Assembly: GCA_050950505.1 (NCBI GenBank)
Contig: JBMNHS010000001.1
Coordinates: forward strand, 832,001 to 896,000
Length of the DNA stretch: 64,000 nt
Source of the DNA: Candidatus Methanomethylophilaceae archaeon
GTDB lineage: Archaea; Thermoplasmatota; Thermoplasmata; Methanomassiliicoccales; Methanomethylophilaceae
Direction of reading: 5' to 3'
In this document: in pieces, positions 10,210 through 20,614 of the stretch
Layout: each line of letters begins with the position of its first letter
How positions within the stretch are numbered: the first letter of the stretch is position 1
Program-made: the position numbers and the translations under genes
The notes under the pieces: model-generated
What the model saw: the letters and a program-made list of their open reading frames with translations, nothing else
What the model was told of the DNA's origin: nothing
Databases searched by the model: none

Positions 10210-12513
10210 TCATTCTTCCGCTTCAGCCTTTTCTTCGGCCTTTTTCTCCGCGGCGGCTTTCTTTCGGTTCTTCGGTTTGTCCGGACATTCGGGATTGATG
10301 CATTCTTCCGATTTGCCGAAAACGATGACGGGTGCGGAACAATGTTCGCACCTGTTGCCGGTGGGCGTCACGACGCCCCTCGGCCTCAGAGGATAAGTCT
10401 GCGTGCAATCCGGCCATTCCGTGCATCCCGCAAAGCGTCTTCCGGCTTTGGAGTACATGAGGCGGATGGTTCCCTTGGCGCAGGTGGGACAATCCCCCAG
10501 GAACGTGCGCTCGGTGTTGGATTCACATTTGGGATCCACGCACTGCATCAAAGGAAGGTTTCCTTTCCTGATGACTCTGAGCATCGGAAGTCCGCACTTT
10601 TCGCACACTTCTTCGGTGGGCTGATTGAGCGAACCTCTCGGCAGCGGGAACGCATTGGTGCATTCCGGATACCCTTCGCATCCGATGAAGTTTCCGTTTT
10701 TGGATCTTTTGATTGTCAGTTCGTTTCCGCACTTTGTGCATTTTCCTATGAACTGATGGGATCTCATCGCCGTGCGTATTTCATCGCCGATGGCTTTGTC
10801 GTTGGACGCAATCTTCGAAGAAACCTTGAACAGCATGTCCTGGGATTCGGAAACAACCTCTTCCAGTGTCGTTTCTCCGTCACTGATTTTCTGCATGTCT
10901 TCCTCCAGACGGGAAGTCATGTCGGGTTCGGTGATTCCTCCCCCGTATTTTTCCAAAGACTTGGTAAGAGCCACACCTCCCGCGGTGGGAATCATGCGGT
11001 TGCCCTGAATGTAGTTCCTCGAATACAATTTGGAAATGATATCGTGTCTCGTACTCTTGGTTCCCAGCTGAAGGCGGTCCATCTCCTGAATGAGCGAACC
11101 CTGGTTGTATCTGTACGGCGGTTTAGTTTCCGATTCCTCCATGGAAATGGATCTTACGTCCACAACCTCCCCGATTTCCATCCTGGGGACGGTGGAAGCT
11201 TTGGACTTCAGATATTTGCCGTAATATTCTTTCCAACCCTTGAACAGTTGTTTGTACCCCTCGCATTTGAATTCTTCGCCGCCCATATCAATGATGCATT
11301 CGGTGATTTCCGCTTTGGCGACCGGGGCCACAGTGGCAAGGAACCGTCTGACGATCAATTCGTAAAGTTTCCACTTGTCCCCTTTCATTTTGCCTGAGGT
11401 TGCCGCGGCAGTGGGATAAATCGGAGGGTGATCGGTGGTGCGTCTTTTCCCTCTTGAGGGGAGAATCTTTTCCTGTTTCAGAATCTCTTCGACTTCTCCT
11501 TTGAAGTCCGATGCTTTGAGTTTCTCAAGCACGGTGCGCAGATTCACGCTTTTGGGATATTCCGTGTTTTCGGTACGTGGATATGAAATGTATCCGCTGA
11601 TGTACAGCTCTTCCGCCAATTTCATGGCGGCGGTGGGAGGGATGCCTATTTTATTGGCTTCCACCTGCATCTGGGTCGTATCGAAGGGCGGAGGTCTGTA
11701 TTCTTCTTTTTCAGTGACTTCGAAGGAAGTCACCTTGCCCGTCTTCATATCTTTGATTTTGGATTCGACGGCCTCGGCTTCTTCTTTTTCCCAGAAGGGA
11801 TTTTTGACATGATTGCCCTGGAATGCAAGCAATCCGAATCTGGCGTTCACGTTCCAGAATGGAACCGGAACGAAGCTTTCGACTTCTTCGTTCTTGTCAA
11901 CAAGCAGTTTCAGAGTGGGGCTCTGAACCCTTCCGACGGAAAGGAAGTTTTTGCCCACCTGTCCGGAAGCCAGGGATATCTGTCTCGTCAGAACGGCACC
12001 CCAGGACAGATCGATTATCTGTCTCGCCTCGGCGGCGTTGGACAGACGTTTGTCCGGAAGTTCAAGATTGCTGAACGCGTTCTCCACCTCCGCTTTGGTA
12101 AGTGCGCTGAATTTTGCGCGTTTTACTTTGGAAATGTCCACTCCGGCAGCCTCTACGGTTTCCATGCCGATGAGCTCTCCTTCCCGGTCGTAGTCTGTTG
12201 CGATTATGACTTCGTCCGCCCCCAAGGCCAAATCTTTGATGTTGTTCAGAATGGATTTTACCTTGACGTTTTTCACCTGAGGCGCATACACGAGTTCGGT
12301 GGGCGGACTGGCGGACCAATCATTGTATTCTTTGGGATAGTCCAATTCAAGTATGTGGCCGCGGAGACTGATCACATCGTAATTGGATCCGTCCGCCACG
12401 AATGAAATCACCGAGGCCCCGCCTAATTTTCTGGTACTGGATTTCCCGTCGGAAAGTATTGTGGAAATCCTCCGGGCGGCATTGGCCTTTTCTGTGATAA
12501 TCAGTTTATTCAT
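10210..12513 (-). CDS. topA: DNA topoisomerase IA with C-terminal Zn ribbons
   Basis: ITEK, ATDYDREGE, SVGRVQSP, ISYPRT; repeated C4 zinc fingers. Confidence 0.97.
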   Translation of the reverse strand: MNKLIITEKANAARRISTILSDGKSSTRKLGGASVISFVADGSNYDVISLRGHILELDYPKEYNDWSASPPTELVYAPQVKNVKVKSILNNIKDLALGADEVIIATDYDREGELIGMETVEAAGVDISKVKRAKFSALTKAEVENAFSNLELPDKRLSNAAEARQIIDLSWGAVLTRQISLASGQVGKNFLSVGRVQSPTLKLLVDKNEEVESFVPVPFWNVNARFGLLAFQGNHVKNPFWEKEEAEAVESKIKDMKTGKVTSFEVTEKEEYRPPPFDTTQMQVEANKIGIPPTAAMKLAEELYISGYISYPRTENTEYPKSVNLRTVLEKLKASDFKGEVEEILKQEKILPSRGKRRTTDHPPIYPTAAATSGKMKGDKWKLYELIVRRFLATVAPVAKAEITECIIDMGGEEFKCEGYKQLFKGWKEYYGKYLKSKASTVPRMEIGEVVDVRSISMEESETKPPYRYNQGSLIQEMDRLQLGTKSTRHDIISKLYSRNYIQGNRMIPTAGGVALTKSLEKYGGGITEPDMTSRLEEDMQKISDGETTLEEVVSESQDMLFKVSSKIASNDKAIGDEIRTAMRSHQFIGKCTKCGNELTIKRSKNGNFIGCEGYPECTNAFPLPRGSLNQPTEEVCEKCGLPMLRVIRKGNLPLMQCVDPKCESNTERTFLGDCPTCAKGTIRLMYSKAGRRFAGCTEWPDCTQTYPLRPRGVVTPTGNRCEHCSAPVIVFGKSEECINPECPDKPKNRKKAAAEKKAEEKAEAEE

Positions 12514-12615
12514 CGTGCCACTCACATTCAAGGCATTATTTAACAATTAGTGAAATCCCCATATTGCCGAAAGGGAACATAATTAAGTCTGCAATGGCTC
12601 ATTGGATACCGTACC

Positions 12616-13155
12616 ATGACTCCCGAAGAAGTTGCGGAGATTCTCCGAAGACACAACGGTGTGGTGAGGGTCGAAGTTCCCGATGCTGATTTCCTCCGTA
12701 TATTGAAAGAAGACGACATGTGCGTGGACACTTCCTTCGGAATGCCCATAGAAAACAAAGCCATGGAAGACTGTCTTTCCTGCGATTTCGTGTTATGCGT
12801 TTATGTCAATCTTTCTTTCGAAAAACCCGAAAACACGATAATGATGATGCGGGATTCCAAAGGAAATGTTTTCGGACACAGCATACCCGATTCTCAGATT
12901 GAGAGTTACAACGGAAGAGAAGACATCATCTGGCTGTCTTACGATTTCGTGCTTTATCCCGCCGTGGAAGCCGGCGAGGATATGATTCTCGTAATGTTGC
13001 CTCAGGAATACCGCGGCTTTTCGGAACAGGACGGAATTTCGGAAGCCTTGGTGTTTTACCCCGCGGTGACCACCGATTGTATAATCAAAGAAAAATACGG
13101 GGATCCCGGAGATCCGAGCGTGGCGACCCTGCTCATGGGCATAAAAACAGGATGA
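12616..13155 (+). CDS. Hypothetical protein (paralog of 31173-31763)
   Basis: Intact ORF convergent with nikR; shares motifs with the 31173 ORF. Confidence 0.8.
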   Translation: MTPEEVAEILRRHNGVVRVEVPDADFLRILKEDDMCVDTSFGMPIENKAMEDCLSCDFVLCVYVNLSFEKPENTIMMMRDSKGNVFGHSIPDSQIESYNGREDIIWLSYDFVLYPAVEAGEDMILVMLPQEYRGFSEQDGISEALVFYPAVTTDCIIKEKYGDPGDPSVATLLMGIKTG

Positions 13156-13156
13156 A

Positions 13157-13597
13157 TCAGTTCCTGGTGCCCACGTGGTGCATGTTCCCGGACTTCGGAG
13201 AAACCATGGTAAGCCTTCCCCTGAGAACCCCTTTTATCGAAGTTATCTCGGAAGCGAGATCTTTGAGGGAACCCAGTTTTCCTTCCACAATCAGAATCTC
13301 CATGCACCTGTCATGATCCAAATGAACATGGATGGTGGTGTTGATGTGGCCGATGTGGTCGTGCTGAAGTTCCGTCAGCCTCTCCCCGACGTTGGAGGTG
13401 CTGTGGTCATAAACCATCACGATGACGCCGGTCATGTATTCGTCATCGTTCTTCCACTCGCTTTCGGCAAGGGAATCACGGACGAGATCTCTTATTGCCT
13501 CGGATCTGCTGACATATCCTTTTTTGGATATGGAAGCGTCAAACTCTTTCAGAAGTTCGGGTTCGAGCGAAACGCCTATGCGTGTGACTCCGTCCAT
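13157..13597 (-). CDS. nikR: Nickel-responsive regulator NikR
   Basis: RIGVSL ribbon-helix-helix, SRSEAIRD, VYDH, HVHLDHDRCME. Confidence 0.95.
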   Translation of the reverse strand: MDGVTRIGVSLEPELLKEFDASISKKGYVSRSEAIRDLVRDSLAESEWKNDDEYMTGVIVMVYDHSTSNVGERLTELQHDHIGHINTTIHVHLDHDRCMEILIVEGKLGSLKDLASEITSIKGVLRGRLTMVSPKSGNMHHVGTRN

Positions 13598-13709
13598 GAT
13601 ATACCGAACAATCATTTCAGTATTAAACCTGTCGGAGTTCTTGTGCACTGAGCGCATATCAAAATCCGTGAAGAGTTTAATTACAACACTCCGTATCCGG
13701 AATGTGGCA

Positions 13710-14513
13710 ATGAGATCGGACACCATTCGTTCGTTGTTATCCTCGGCGGTTGAGAGAGCCGTCGGAGGAAAAGATGCGGCGGTATCCTTTTCCGGCGGAA
13801 TAGACTCGGGAATCCTTGGGGCGATGGCATCGGAACACGGGAGGGAAGTCTGCCTTTACACCGTCGGAACCGAGAATTCCCACGATGTGTCGAAAGCCCG
13901 TGAAGCCTCTCGGTTTTTGAATACGGAACCGGAGTTCATATTTCTCACCGAAGACAACATAGAAAACCTGCTGAAAGATATGATACGTATTTCGGGCACC
14001 ACGGATCCGTTGACTCTTTCTTTTGAAATTCCCACCTTCGCGGTAACCCGCAGTTGCAAAGAATCCCATATTCTGGGAGGGATAGGGGCCGATGAACTTT
14101 TCGGAGGGTACCACAGGTATATCGGAATGTCCCGGGACAGGTTCGGGGAGGTCCGCGGGAAAGATTTGGAAAGACTGCTCAATTTCGTCATACCTCACGA
14201 AGACAGGGTCGGAAACCATTTCGGCAAAACCCTTCACCGCCCGTACGTCGATGAAAATCTTTTGGAATACATGTTATCCGTTCCATATGACGAAATCCTT
14301 CCGTCGGAAAGCCGTCCCAGAAAAGCATTGTTGAGGGAAGTGGCCGAAAAGATGAATCTGGAACCATTGTCAATGACGGAAAAAAAGGCTGCGCAGTACG
14401 GTTCGGGCGCAATGAATCTGATCAGGAAAATCGCCAAAAAAGAACGCCTGACCGCAAACGGATACATATCCTCCCTTTCCGGCAACGGGACTGATAATAT
14501 ATTCATTGAATAA
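13710..14513 (+). CDS. Asparagine synthase C-terminal (ATP-pyrophosphatase) domain protein
   Basis: SFSGGIDS PP-loop, GIGADELFGGY, KKAAQYGSG; no glutaminase domain. Confidence 0.85.
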   Translation: MRSDTIRSLLSSAVERAVGGKDAAVSFSGGIDSGILGAMASEHGREVCLYTVGTENSHDVSKAREASRFLNTEPEFIFLTEDNIENLLKDMIRISGTTDPLTLSFEIPTFAVTRSCKESHILGGIGADELFGGYHRYIGMSRDRFGEVRGKDLERLLNFVIPHEDRVGNHFGKTLHRPYVDENLLEYMLSVPYDEILPSESRPRKALLREVAEKMNLEPLSMTEKKAAQYGSGAMNLIRKIAKKERLTANGYISSLSGNGTDNIFIE

Positions 14514-14522
14514 TACCGCGGT

Positions 14523-15794
14523 GTGAACAAACCGGAAACGAAAGAAGATTTTCTCCGTTGGCTGTACGGACTCACTTCCCGCGGCATCAAATTGGGTTTG
14601 GACAACGTGACCGAACTTTTGGAACGTATGGGCAATCCCCAGAATTCTTTCAAAAGCGTGCATGTGGGAGGAACCGACGGCAAGGGATCCGTATGCGCAA
14701 TCGTATATTCCATACTCAGGGAAAGCGGAGTTTCCGCGGGACTGTTTACCTCCCCCCACATACTGGAGTTCAATGAGCGGATATCCGTGGACGGCGAACC
14801 CATATCCGACGGGGAACTGGCGGATATTGCGGCTCAGACCGTCCCTCACGTGAAAGAAATGTCCGAAGAGGGCAGATACTGTACTTTTTTTGAAGTTACG
14901 ACCGCGATCGCTTTTCAACATTTCAAAAACAAAGGCGTCGAATACGCGGTGGCCGAGGTGGGAATGGGGGGACGGTTGGATTCCACCAACGTTCTGATCC
15001 CGGAAGTCTGCGTCATCGGGAACGTCAGCATCGAACACACGAATTTTCTCGGAGACACCAAGGAAAAAATCGCTTATGAAAAAGCCGGGATAATAAAACC
15101 CGGTGTTCCTTGCGTCACAATCAACGGGGATGACGTTTACGGGATAATCCGCAAAACCGCCGAAGAAAAAGGTTCTCCCCTGATAAGAATAAATCCCCTG
15201 GACATAGATTCGGTGAGCCTCGACGGAGAAGGCACGAATTTCAGGTACAAGGAAGAAGAATACCGCGTCTCGATCCCGGGAAGCTGTCAGGCCAAAAACG
15301 CATCTTTGGCAATCGAAGCCGTATCGATGTTGAGCATATACGGTCAGAAATGCAGATGCAACATCCGCAAAGGATTGAAAAACGTGAATTGGCCCTGCAG
15401 ACTTCAAAGAATTTCGGGCACGCCCTTTATAATGGACGTCACGCACACGGCGGAAGGTTCGGCTCGGACTGCCGAAGACATCAGGAACATTTACGGCAAA
15501 GTAACGGTGGTGTTCGGAGTCCTCCGGGACAAAAACATCCGCGGCATAGCCGAAAACATTTCCGCAATAACGGAACGGATGATAGTCACGGCCCCCGAAA
15601 CCGAAAGAGCCTCTTCCCCGGAAGAAACGGCCGAAAAGATTTCCGAATTTTTCGAAAGCGTGATTGTTGCGGACAATGTGAACGAAGCCATGGAAAAGGC
15701 CGTTGAATTATCCGGCGACGGATTGATATTGGTGACGGGGTCTTTCTATACTGCGGGAGATGCGATGAAATGGGTAAAAAAGACATATCTTTGA
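14523..15794 (+). CDS. folC: Folylpolyglutamate synthase/dihydrofolate synthase
   Basis: HVGGTDGKGS, FTSPH, FEVTT, EVGMGGRLDSTN, TGSFY. Confidence 0.92.
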   Translation: MNKPETKEDFLRWLYGLTSRGIKLGLDNVTELLERMGNPQNSFKSVHVGGTDGKGSVCAIVYSILRESGVSAGLFTSPHILEFNERISVDGEPISDGELADIAAQTVPHVKEMSEEGRYCTFFEVTTAIAFQHFKNKGVEYAVAEVGMGGRLDSTNVLIPEVCVIGNVSIEHTNFLGDTKEKIAYEKAGIIKPGVPCVTINGDDVYGIIRKTAEEKGSPLIRINPLDIDSVSLDGEGTNFRYKEEEYRVSIPGSCQAKNASLAIEAVSMLSIYGQKCRCNIRKGLKNVNWPCRLQRISGTPFIMDVTHTAEGSARTAEDIRNIYGKVTVVFGVLRDKNIRGIAENISAITERMIVTAPETERASSPEETAEKISEFFESVIVADNVNEAMEKAVELSGDGLILVTGSFYTAGDAMKWVKKTYL

Positions 15795-16432
15795 TTCTTG
15801 ACGGATTGTCCGAGAGATACCGTGACGATGCCGCATATCCGGGAAGGTCTTCCGAGGGACTGAGTCCCGAGTGGCCCTTCGATCCTTTCCACGTACTGAT
15901 ATCCACGATACTGTCCCAGAGGACCAAAGACGACAACACGCGCAAAGCTTCCGACCGACTGTTTGCGATGTATGACACAATGGAAGAAATCGCGGACGCG
16001 GACGTTGAAACGGTTGCGGAGCTTGTCCGCCCCGCGGGATTCCCGAATCAGAAGGCAAAGGCAATCATCGAAACCTGCAACATACTGTTGAAAGAATATG
16101 ACGGCAAAGTTCCCTGCGAGACCGAAGAACTTCTGAAACTGCCGATGGTCGGAAGAAAAACCGCCGCCTGCGTCAGAGCTTACGCGATGAAGATTCCTTC
16201 CGTATGTGTCGATACCCACGTTCACAGGATAACAAACCTGATGGGTCTGGTGGACACCGACACTCCCGAGAAAACCGAAGAGGCGCTGATGCGCATCACC
16301 CCGAAGGACAGATGGATGGACATAAATCGTTTCTTCGTCAGGCACGGTCAGATAGTCTGCAGGCCCAACCGCCCGGACTGCGGAAACTGCGTGGTCGCCG
16401 ACATGTGCGACTCCCGAAAACCGGTCGGATGA
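15770..16432 (+). CDS. nth: Endonuclease III
   Basis: ILSQRT, HhH LPMVGRKTA, VDTHVHR, C-x6-C-x2-C-x5-C cluster. Confidence 0.95.
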   Translation: MGKKDISLILDGLSERYRDDAAYPGRSSEGLSPEWPFDPFHVLISTILSQRTKDDNTRKASDRLFAMYDTMEEIADADVETVAELVRPAGFPNQKAKAIIETCNILLKEYDGKVPCETEELLKLPMVGRKTAACVRAYAMKIPSVCVDTHVHRITNLMGLVDTDTPEKTEEALMRITPKDRWMDINRFFVRHGQIVCRPNRPDCGNCVVADMCDSRKPVG

Positions 16433-16463
16433 TTTTTAATGAATAATCTACATACGGCGGAAT

Positions 16464-16844
16464 GTGCACGAAGTTTCTGTGATATCGGGTATCGTCAAAG
16501 CCGTTTTGGAAGAACTTGAAAATTACAACGTCGCAAGCGTTTCTTCTGTAGATATTCTGATAGGCGAAATGACACTGTTGGGCGAGGAACAGCTTACCTT
16601 TGCATATGAAATAGTGACAAGAGACACGCTGCTGGAAGGATCGAAACTGAACATCGAACACGAATCCATAGGCGTTTCATGCGAAGCCTGCGGATACGAA
16701 GGTCCGATAAAAATGCTCGAATCCGGCGATTACACTTCTCACAAAATACCCGTAATGTCCTGTCCCGAATGCGGAGGCCACGTAACCGTGACCAAAGGAC
16801 AGTCCTGTTGCGTCACTTCCGTGGACATCGAAGAGGTGGATTGA
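16464..16844 (+). CDS. hypA: Hydrogenase maturation nickel metallochaperone HypA
   Basis: MHE N-terminus and two CxxC motifs. Confidence 0.95.
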   Translation: MHEVSVISGIVKAVLEELENYNVASVSSVDILIGEMTLLGEEQLTFAYEIVTRDTLLEGSKLNIEHESIGVSCEACGYEGPIKMLESGDYTSHKIPVMSCPECGGHVTVTKGQSCCVTSVDIEEVD

Positions 16845-17924
16845 TTGTACAAATACAGAGACGAGGCAACCGCAAAAAGAATACTCAAAGGGATAAAGAA
16901 CCGCGGCGTGGACCTCAAGATAATGCACATCTGCGGAACCCATCAGGATACCATAGTACGTTACGGACTTGAGGAAATGCTTGCGGACGCCGGCATCAGA
17001 ATCCAACAGGGTCCCGGATGTCCCGTGTGCGTCACCACAACCAAAGAATTGGCGGAGGTAATCACTTTGGCCAGGAACGGAGTGACCGTCACGGCTTTCG
17101 GGGACCTGATGAGGGTTCCGACGCCTATCGGTTCCCTTTTTGACGCCAAGACCGACGGTGCGGACGTGCGCATAGTTTATTCCATAGAGGACGCGGTCTC
17201 CATGTCCCGCGACACGGACAAAGACGTGGTGTTCGTCGGCGTGGGTTTCGAAACCACGGCGCCTTCCACCTGCGTCCCCCTCAACCGTGACGACGTTCCC
17301 GAAAACTTTTCGGTTTACAGCTGTCACAGAATCTGCCCGCCGATAATCCAGGCATTGCTGGATATGGGCGAGAACACCATTGACGGGTTCATAATGCCCG
17401 GTCACGTGGCCGTGATCACGGGCACTGAAATTTTCAAGCCCTTTGCGGAGAAGTACAACCTTCCTCAGGTCGTGGCGGGATTCGAACCGCTGGATGTCCT
17501 GATGTCCTGCTATCTGCTTGCCAAACAGATATCCGAAGGACGGGCGGAAGTCGAAAACGAATATACCAGACTCGTGAAGGACAAAGGGAATCTCAAAGCC
17601 CTCGGGCTGATGGACCGTACTTTCAATCCTGTTGACAGTACCTGGAGAGGGTTCCCCGTCATTGAAAAAAGCAGACTGGCTCTTAAACCGGCCTATGCCG
17701 AGCACGACGCGACCAAAGTCCATGAAGACATAATCGCTCTTGCTCCCGAAGTGGAGGAAGAAGCGAAGGGTTGCAGATGCGGCGAAGTGCTGAGGGGACT
17801 GATCAAGTCCCACGAATGTCCGATGTTCGGCAGGTCCTGCAAACCCAGTTCCCCCGGAGGGCCCTGTATGGTCTCCGCCGAGGGCAGTTGCAACATAGCT
17901 TACAGATATTCGGACAAGAGGTGA
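16845..17924 (+). CDS. hypD: Hydrogenase maturation protein HypD
   Basis: CGTH, GPGCPVC, GFETT, PGHV, CMVSAEGSC. Confidence 0.97.
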   Translation: MYKYRDEATAKRILKGIKNRGVDLKIMHICGTHQDTIVRYGLEEMLADAGIRIQQGPGCPVCVTTTKELAEVITLARNGVTVTAFGDLMRVPTPIGSLFDAKTDGADVRIVYSIEDAVSMSRDTDKDVVFVGVGFETTAPSTCVPLNRDDVPENFSVYSCHRICPPIIQALLDMGENTIDGFIMPGHVAVITGTEIFKPFAEKYNLPQVVAGFEPLDVLMSCYLLAKQISEGRAEVENEYTRLVKDKGNLKALGLMDRTFNPVDSTWRGFPVIEKSRLALKPAYAEHDATKVHEDIIALAPEVEEEAKGCRCGEVLRGLIKSHECPMFGRSCKPSSPGGPCMVSAEGSCNIAYRYSDKR

Positions 17925-17930
17925 ATCGAA

Positions 17931-18518
17931 GTGAATCAAGCAAAACCTGAAGTAGTACCCATAGCCGCACCCCCGACGGGCAAAAAGAACATACTGATTG
18001 TAACCAACGATTCGGAAGTCACGACTTCCAACAAACTGGAATCCGCCGGCGAACTTTACGGAGGCCGTGTGACGGAGATACGGGAATTCGTGAAGAGTCT
18101 GGAAAGTGAATTCGGCGAAGAGGGTGAAGATACCATGAACGTGTCCTTCGGACTCATAACCACATTCTTCGGATTCGTTCCCAGCAACTATTCCATATCC
18201 AAATACAAGTACGTGATGGGCAACAAGGAAGAGTACCAGATCACTCAGAACGAACGGGATTACGCCGGCAGACTGGAATATGTTTCCAGAGGTTTCGACA
18301 AAGTCATTCTCTGTGTCCCCAAAGAAATGTTCAGGATTCTGGTTGACAACGATGCTTTGCACAAAGGAAAAATCATAGCTGTGACTTCCAAAGAATTCAG
18401 AGGGCTCTGCGAAGAGAACGACTGGATTTTCCTTGAAAGAAAAGGAGCCAGACTCGGAAAGAAGAACGCTGCGAAAATCAAAGACTATCTCAGGGATTTC
18501 GCCGAAGATAAATCTTGA
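17931..18518 (+). CDS. Hypothetical protein (weak DUF6884/YaaA-like resemblance)
   Basis: AGELYGG...ITTFFGFV...ISKY pattern; follows hypD by 6 nt. Confidence 0.6.
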   Translation: MNQAKPEVVPIAAPPTGKKNILIVTNDSEVTTSNKLESAGELYGGRVTEIREFVKSLESEFGEEGEDTMNVSFGLITTFFGFVPSNYSISKYKYVMGNKEEYQITQNERDYAGRLEYVSRGFDKVILCVPKEMFRILVDNDALHKGKIIAVTSKEFRGLCEENDWIFLERKGARLGKKNAAKIKDYLRDFAEDKS

Positions 18519-19173
18519 TTCTTTCTTTGTCGTCTTTGCTCACACGGAGCGATTCACGGATTTTCCGGACGGTCATATTCTGAATCTCCGGATTCAATTT
18601 GCCGGATTTCAGAACATTTTCCGTTTTATCGGGATATTCCACATAACAGAAGGACAAGGTCCAAGCCGCTCCCATTTTGTAATAATAGCCGTCATGGCTG
18701 TTTGACGCAATCCGATCGAGAACTTTGTCGATATTTTCGTCGTCTATGAATTTGAAAAGCATCATAACGACGGAAGTGCGCATTTTGAATTCCTCGCCGG
18801 AAGACAGCCACTCGTCGCACAATCCCCATAACGGGACGTTCGCTTCCGGGACATATTTCCAATCGTTGCACAGAAGATCGCAAACCGCCCAGTTTTCGAT
18901 ACAGGGGACGAAATTTCTTGTAAGGCCGATGCGTTCTTCGAAAGAAATGTCCGCATTGGCTACAATCAGGGCTTTCAACAAATATTCTTCATGATATTCG
19001 GAATCGGTTTCAAGAAAACTCCGCCAATTCTCTTTCATCAGTTCAGATGCCGTCTTTCGGAGTACGGGCATCCTCACTCCAAGTATGTTTTCCGTGCCGG
19101 GCAGCAGCCTGCGGTTGAATTCCGCATATTCCGCGTCAACGTTGTGATACAATTCTTTCCGAAGGGAGTTCAA
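18490..19173 (-). CDS. DNA alkylation repair protein (AlkD-like HEAT)
   Basis: LGVRMPVLRK, IENWAVCD, YYYKMGAAW. Confidence 0.85.
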   Translation of the reverse strand: MNSLRKELYHNVDAEYAEFNRRLLPGTENILGVRMPVLRKTASELMKENWRSFLETDSEYHEEYLLKALIVANADISFEERIGLTRNFVPCIENWAVCDLLCNDWKYVPEANVPLWGLCDEWLSSGEEFKMRTSVVMMLFKFIDDENIDKVLDRIASNSHDGYYYKMGAAWTLSFCYVEYPDKTENVLKSGKLNPEIQNMTVRKIRESLRVSKDDKERIKIYLRRNP

Positions 19174-19664
19174 AGAAATTCAGCCTCAAGATTCAGCAAC
19201 TTCTTTTTCAGAATGCTTCCTCCGCCGTAGGATCCGATTCCCCCGGAAGACGGCACGACCCGGTGGCAGGGTATGAAAATCGGAATGGGGTTCTTGCCGC
19301 ATGCCGTGCCCACGGCACGGTAGGAACCGGGATTTCCCAAATTTTCCGCAATTTCGCCGTAAGTAACGGTCACTCCGTAAGGAATATCGGCAATTTCAGA
19401 CCAGACGGATTTTTGGAAATCCGTTCCGTTGCATGCAAACGGAAGATTAAACTCCTTTCTCCGGCCGGTAAAATATTCTTCCAATTGGGATGCGGCTTCG
19501 GAAATAATATCGGTTTCCTTATCTTCGACTATCGGCAGGTTATACGTCGGAAGATACAATCCGCAAATATTTCCCTCACCGTCTTCGCTTATGCTTATTT
19601 TTCCGAATATCGTGGCATAAGTGAATGCGTACTTGTCCTTTATCATGTTCCTCTTCCTGAACAT
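19170..19664 (-). CDS. ogt: Methylated-DNA--protein-cysteine methyltransferase
   Basis: GTDFQ, IPYG, RAVG, PCHRV active site. Confidence 0.96.
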   Translation of the reverse strand: MFRKRNMIKDKYAFTYATIFGKISISEDGEGNICGLYLPTYNLPIVEDKETDIISEAASQLEEYFTGRRKEFNLPFACNGTDFQKSVWSEIADIPYGVTVTYGEIAENLGNPGSYRAVGTACGKNPIPIFIPCHRVVPSSGGIGSYGGGSILKKKLLNLEAEFL

Positions 19665-19693
19665 TTATCTTTTATTTACATATTAAGTGTTTC

Positions 19694-20614
19694 GTGATTA
19701 TATGCGCAAGCAGACGTACGGATGTGCCTGCTTTTCACTCCGAATGGATGATTAACAGATTGAGGGCGGGACATGTCCTGGTCAGAAATCCCGTTGCCGA
19801 AAACGTAGTTTTCAAGGTAGATCTGAGTCCTAAAAGCGTAAGCTGCATTTACTTCATGACGAAGAATCCACGCCCCATGATACCCTTTCTCGATGAAATC
19901 GAAGAAATGGGACACAACGTGATTTTCCAGATAACCGTGAATCCTTACGGCAAGGACCTGGAACCCGGAGTTCCCGACATCGTGACCGTCGCCGACGGTT
20001 TCAAAGAAGTATCGGAAAAGATTGGAAAAGGAAGAACGGTGTGGAGATACGACCCCGTTCTTTTCGACGGGAGGTACAACAGATCCTATCATGAAAGAAA
20101 ATTCAGGCTGCTGTGCGAAGAGTTTTCCGGATACACCGAACGGTTCATATTCGGTTTTCTTGACGTTTATGACAAATTCGACAAATCCGATTATTCGGAA
20201 AGACTGTCGGACGCTTCCGAATCCGACAGAAACTGGTTTATGGACATGGCGGGGAAAACCGCAAAAGAATTCGGAATATCCGGAAGTTTATGCTGTTCCG
20301 ACGAATCTTATCCAGAGTACGGGATAGATAACAGGGGATGCATAGACAGGGGGACCCTGCTGTCTTTGGGGATTCCTTTCGAAGATGTTCCCGGCAACAC
20401 CCGCAAAGGCTGCAGATGCGTCAGGAACATCGACATCGGCGCTTACGACAGCTGTCTGCACAACTGCGTGTACTGTTACGCAAACAGCGGCACGTCCCGG
20501 GGAAGGGATTCGAAAGTCTACGATCCGACTTCCGAAATGCTTCACGGTTCGCTGAAGAGCACCGATGACGTAAGAGTCCTGTCGGAAAGGCGTTCACGCC
20601 TCACCGATTTCTGA
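19694..20614 (+). CDS. DUF1848 family protein
   Basis: ASRRTDVPAF, TKNP, WRYDP, DIGAYDSCLHNCVYCYA. Confidence 0.88.
   Translation: MIICASRRTDVPAFHSEWMINRLRAGHVLVRNPVAENVVFKVDLSPKSVSCIYFMTKNPRPMIPFLDEIEEMGHNVIFQITVNPYGKDLEPGVPDIVTVADGFKEVSEKIGKGRTVWRYDPVLFDGRYNRSYHERKFRLLCEEFSGYTERFIFGFLDVYDKFDKSDYSERLSDASESDRNWFMDMAGKTAKEFGISGSLCCSDESYPEYGIDNRGCIDRGTLLSLGIPFEDVPGNTRKGCRCVRNIDIGAYDSCLHNCVYCYANSGTSRGRDSKVYDPTSEMLHGSLKSTDDVRVLSERRSRLTDF

Noticed and set aside
12601-12618. ATTGGATACCGTACCATG as a ninth operator before the paralog
   Set aside because: The spacer is one base short and the right arm mismatches.
16677-18362. Long antisense ORFs (561 aa here; also 47302-48630, 49281-50447, 10342-11397)
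   Set aside because: Shadows of well-supported genes on the opposite strand, with no recognisable motifs.
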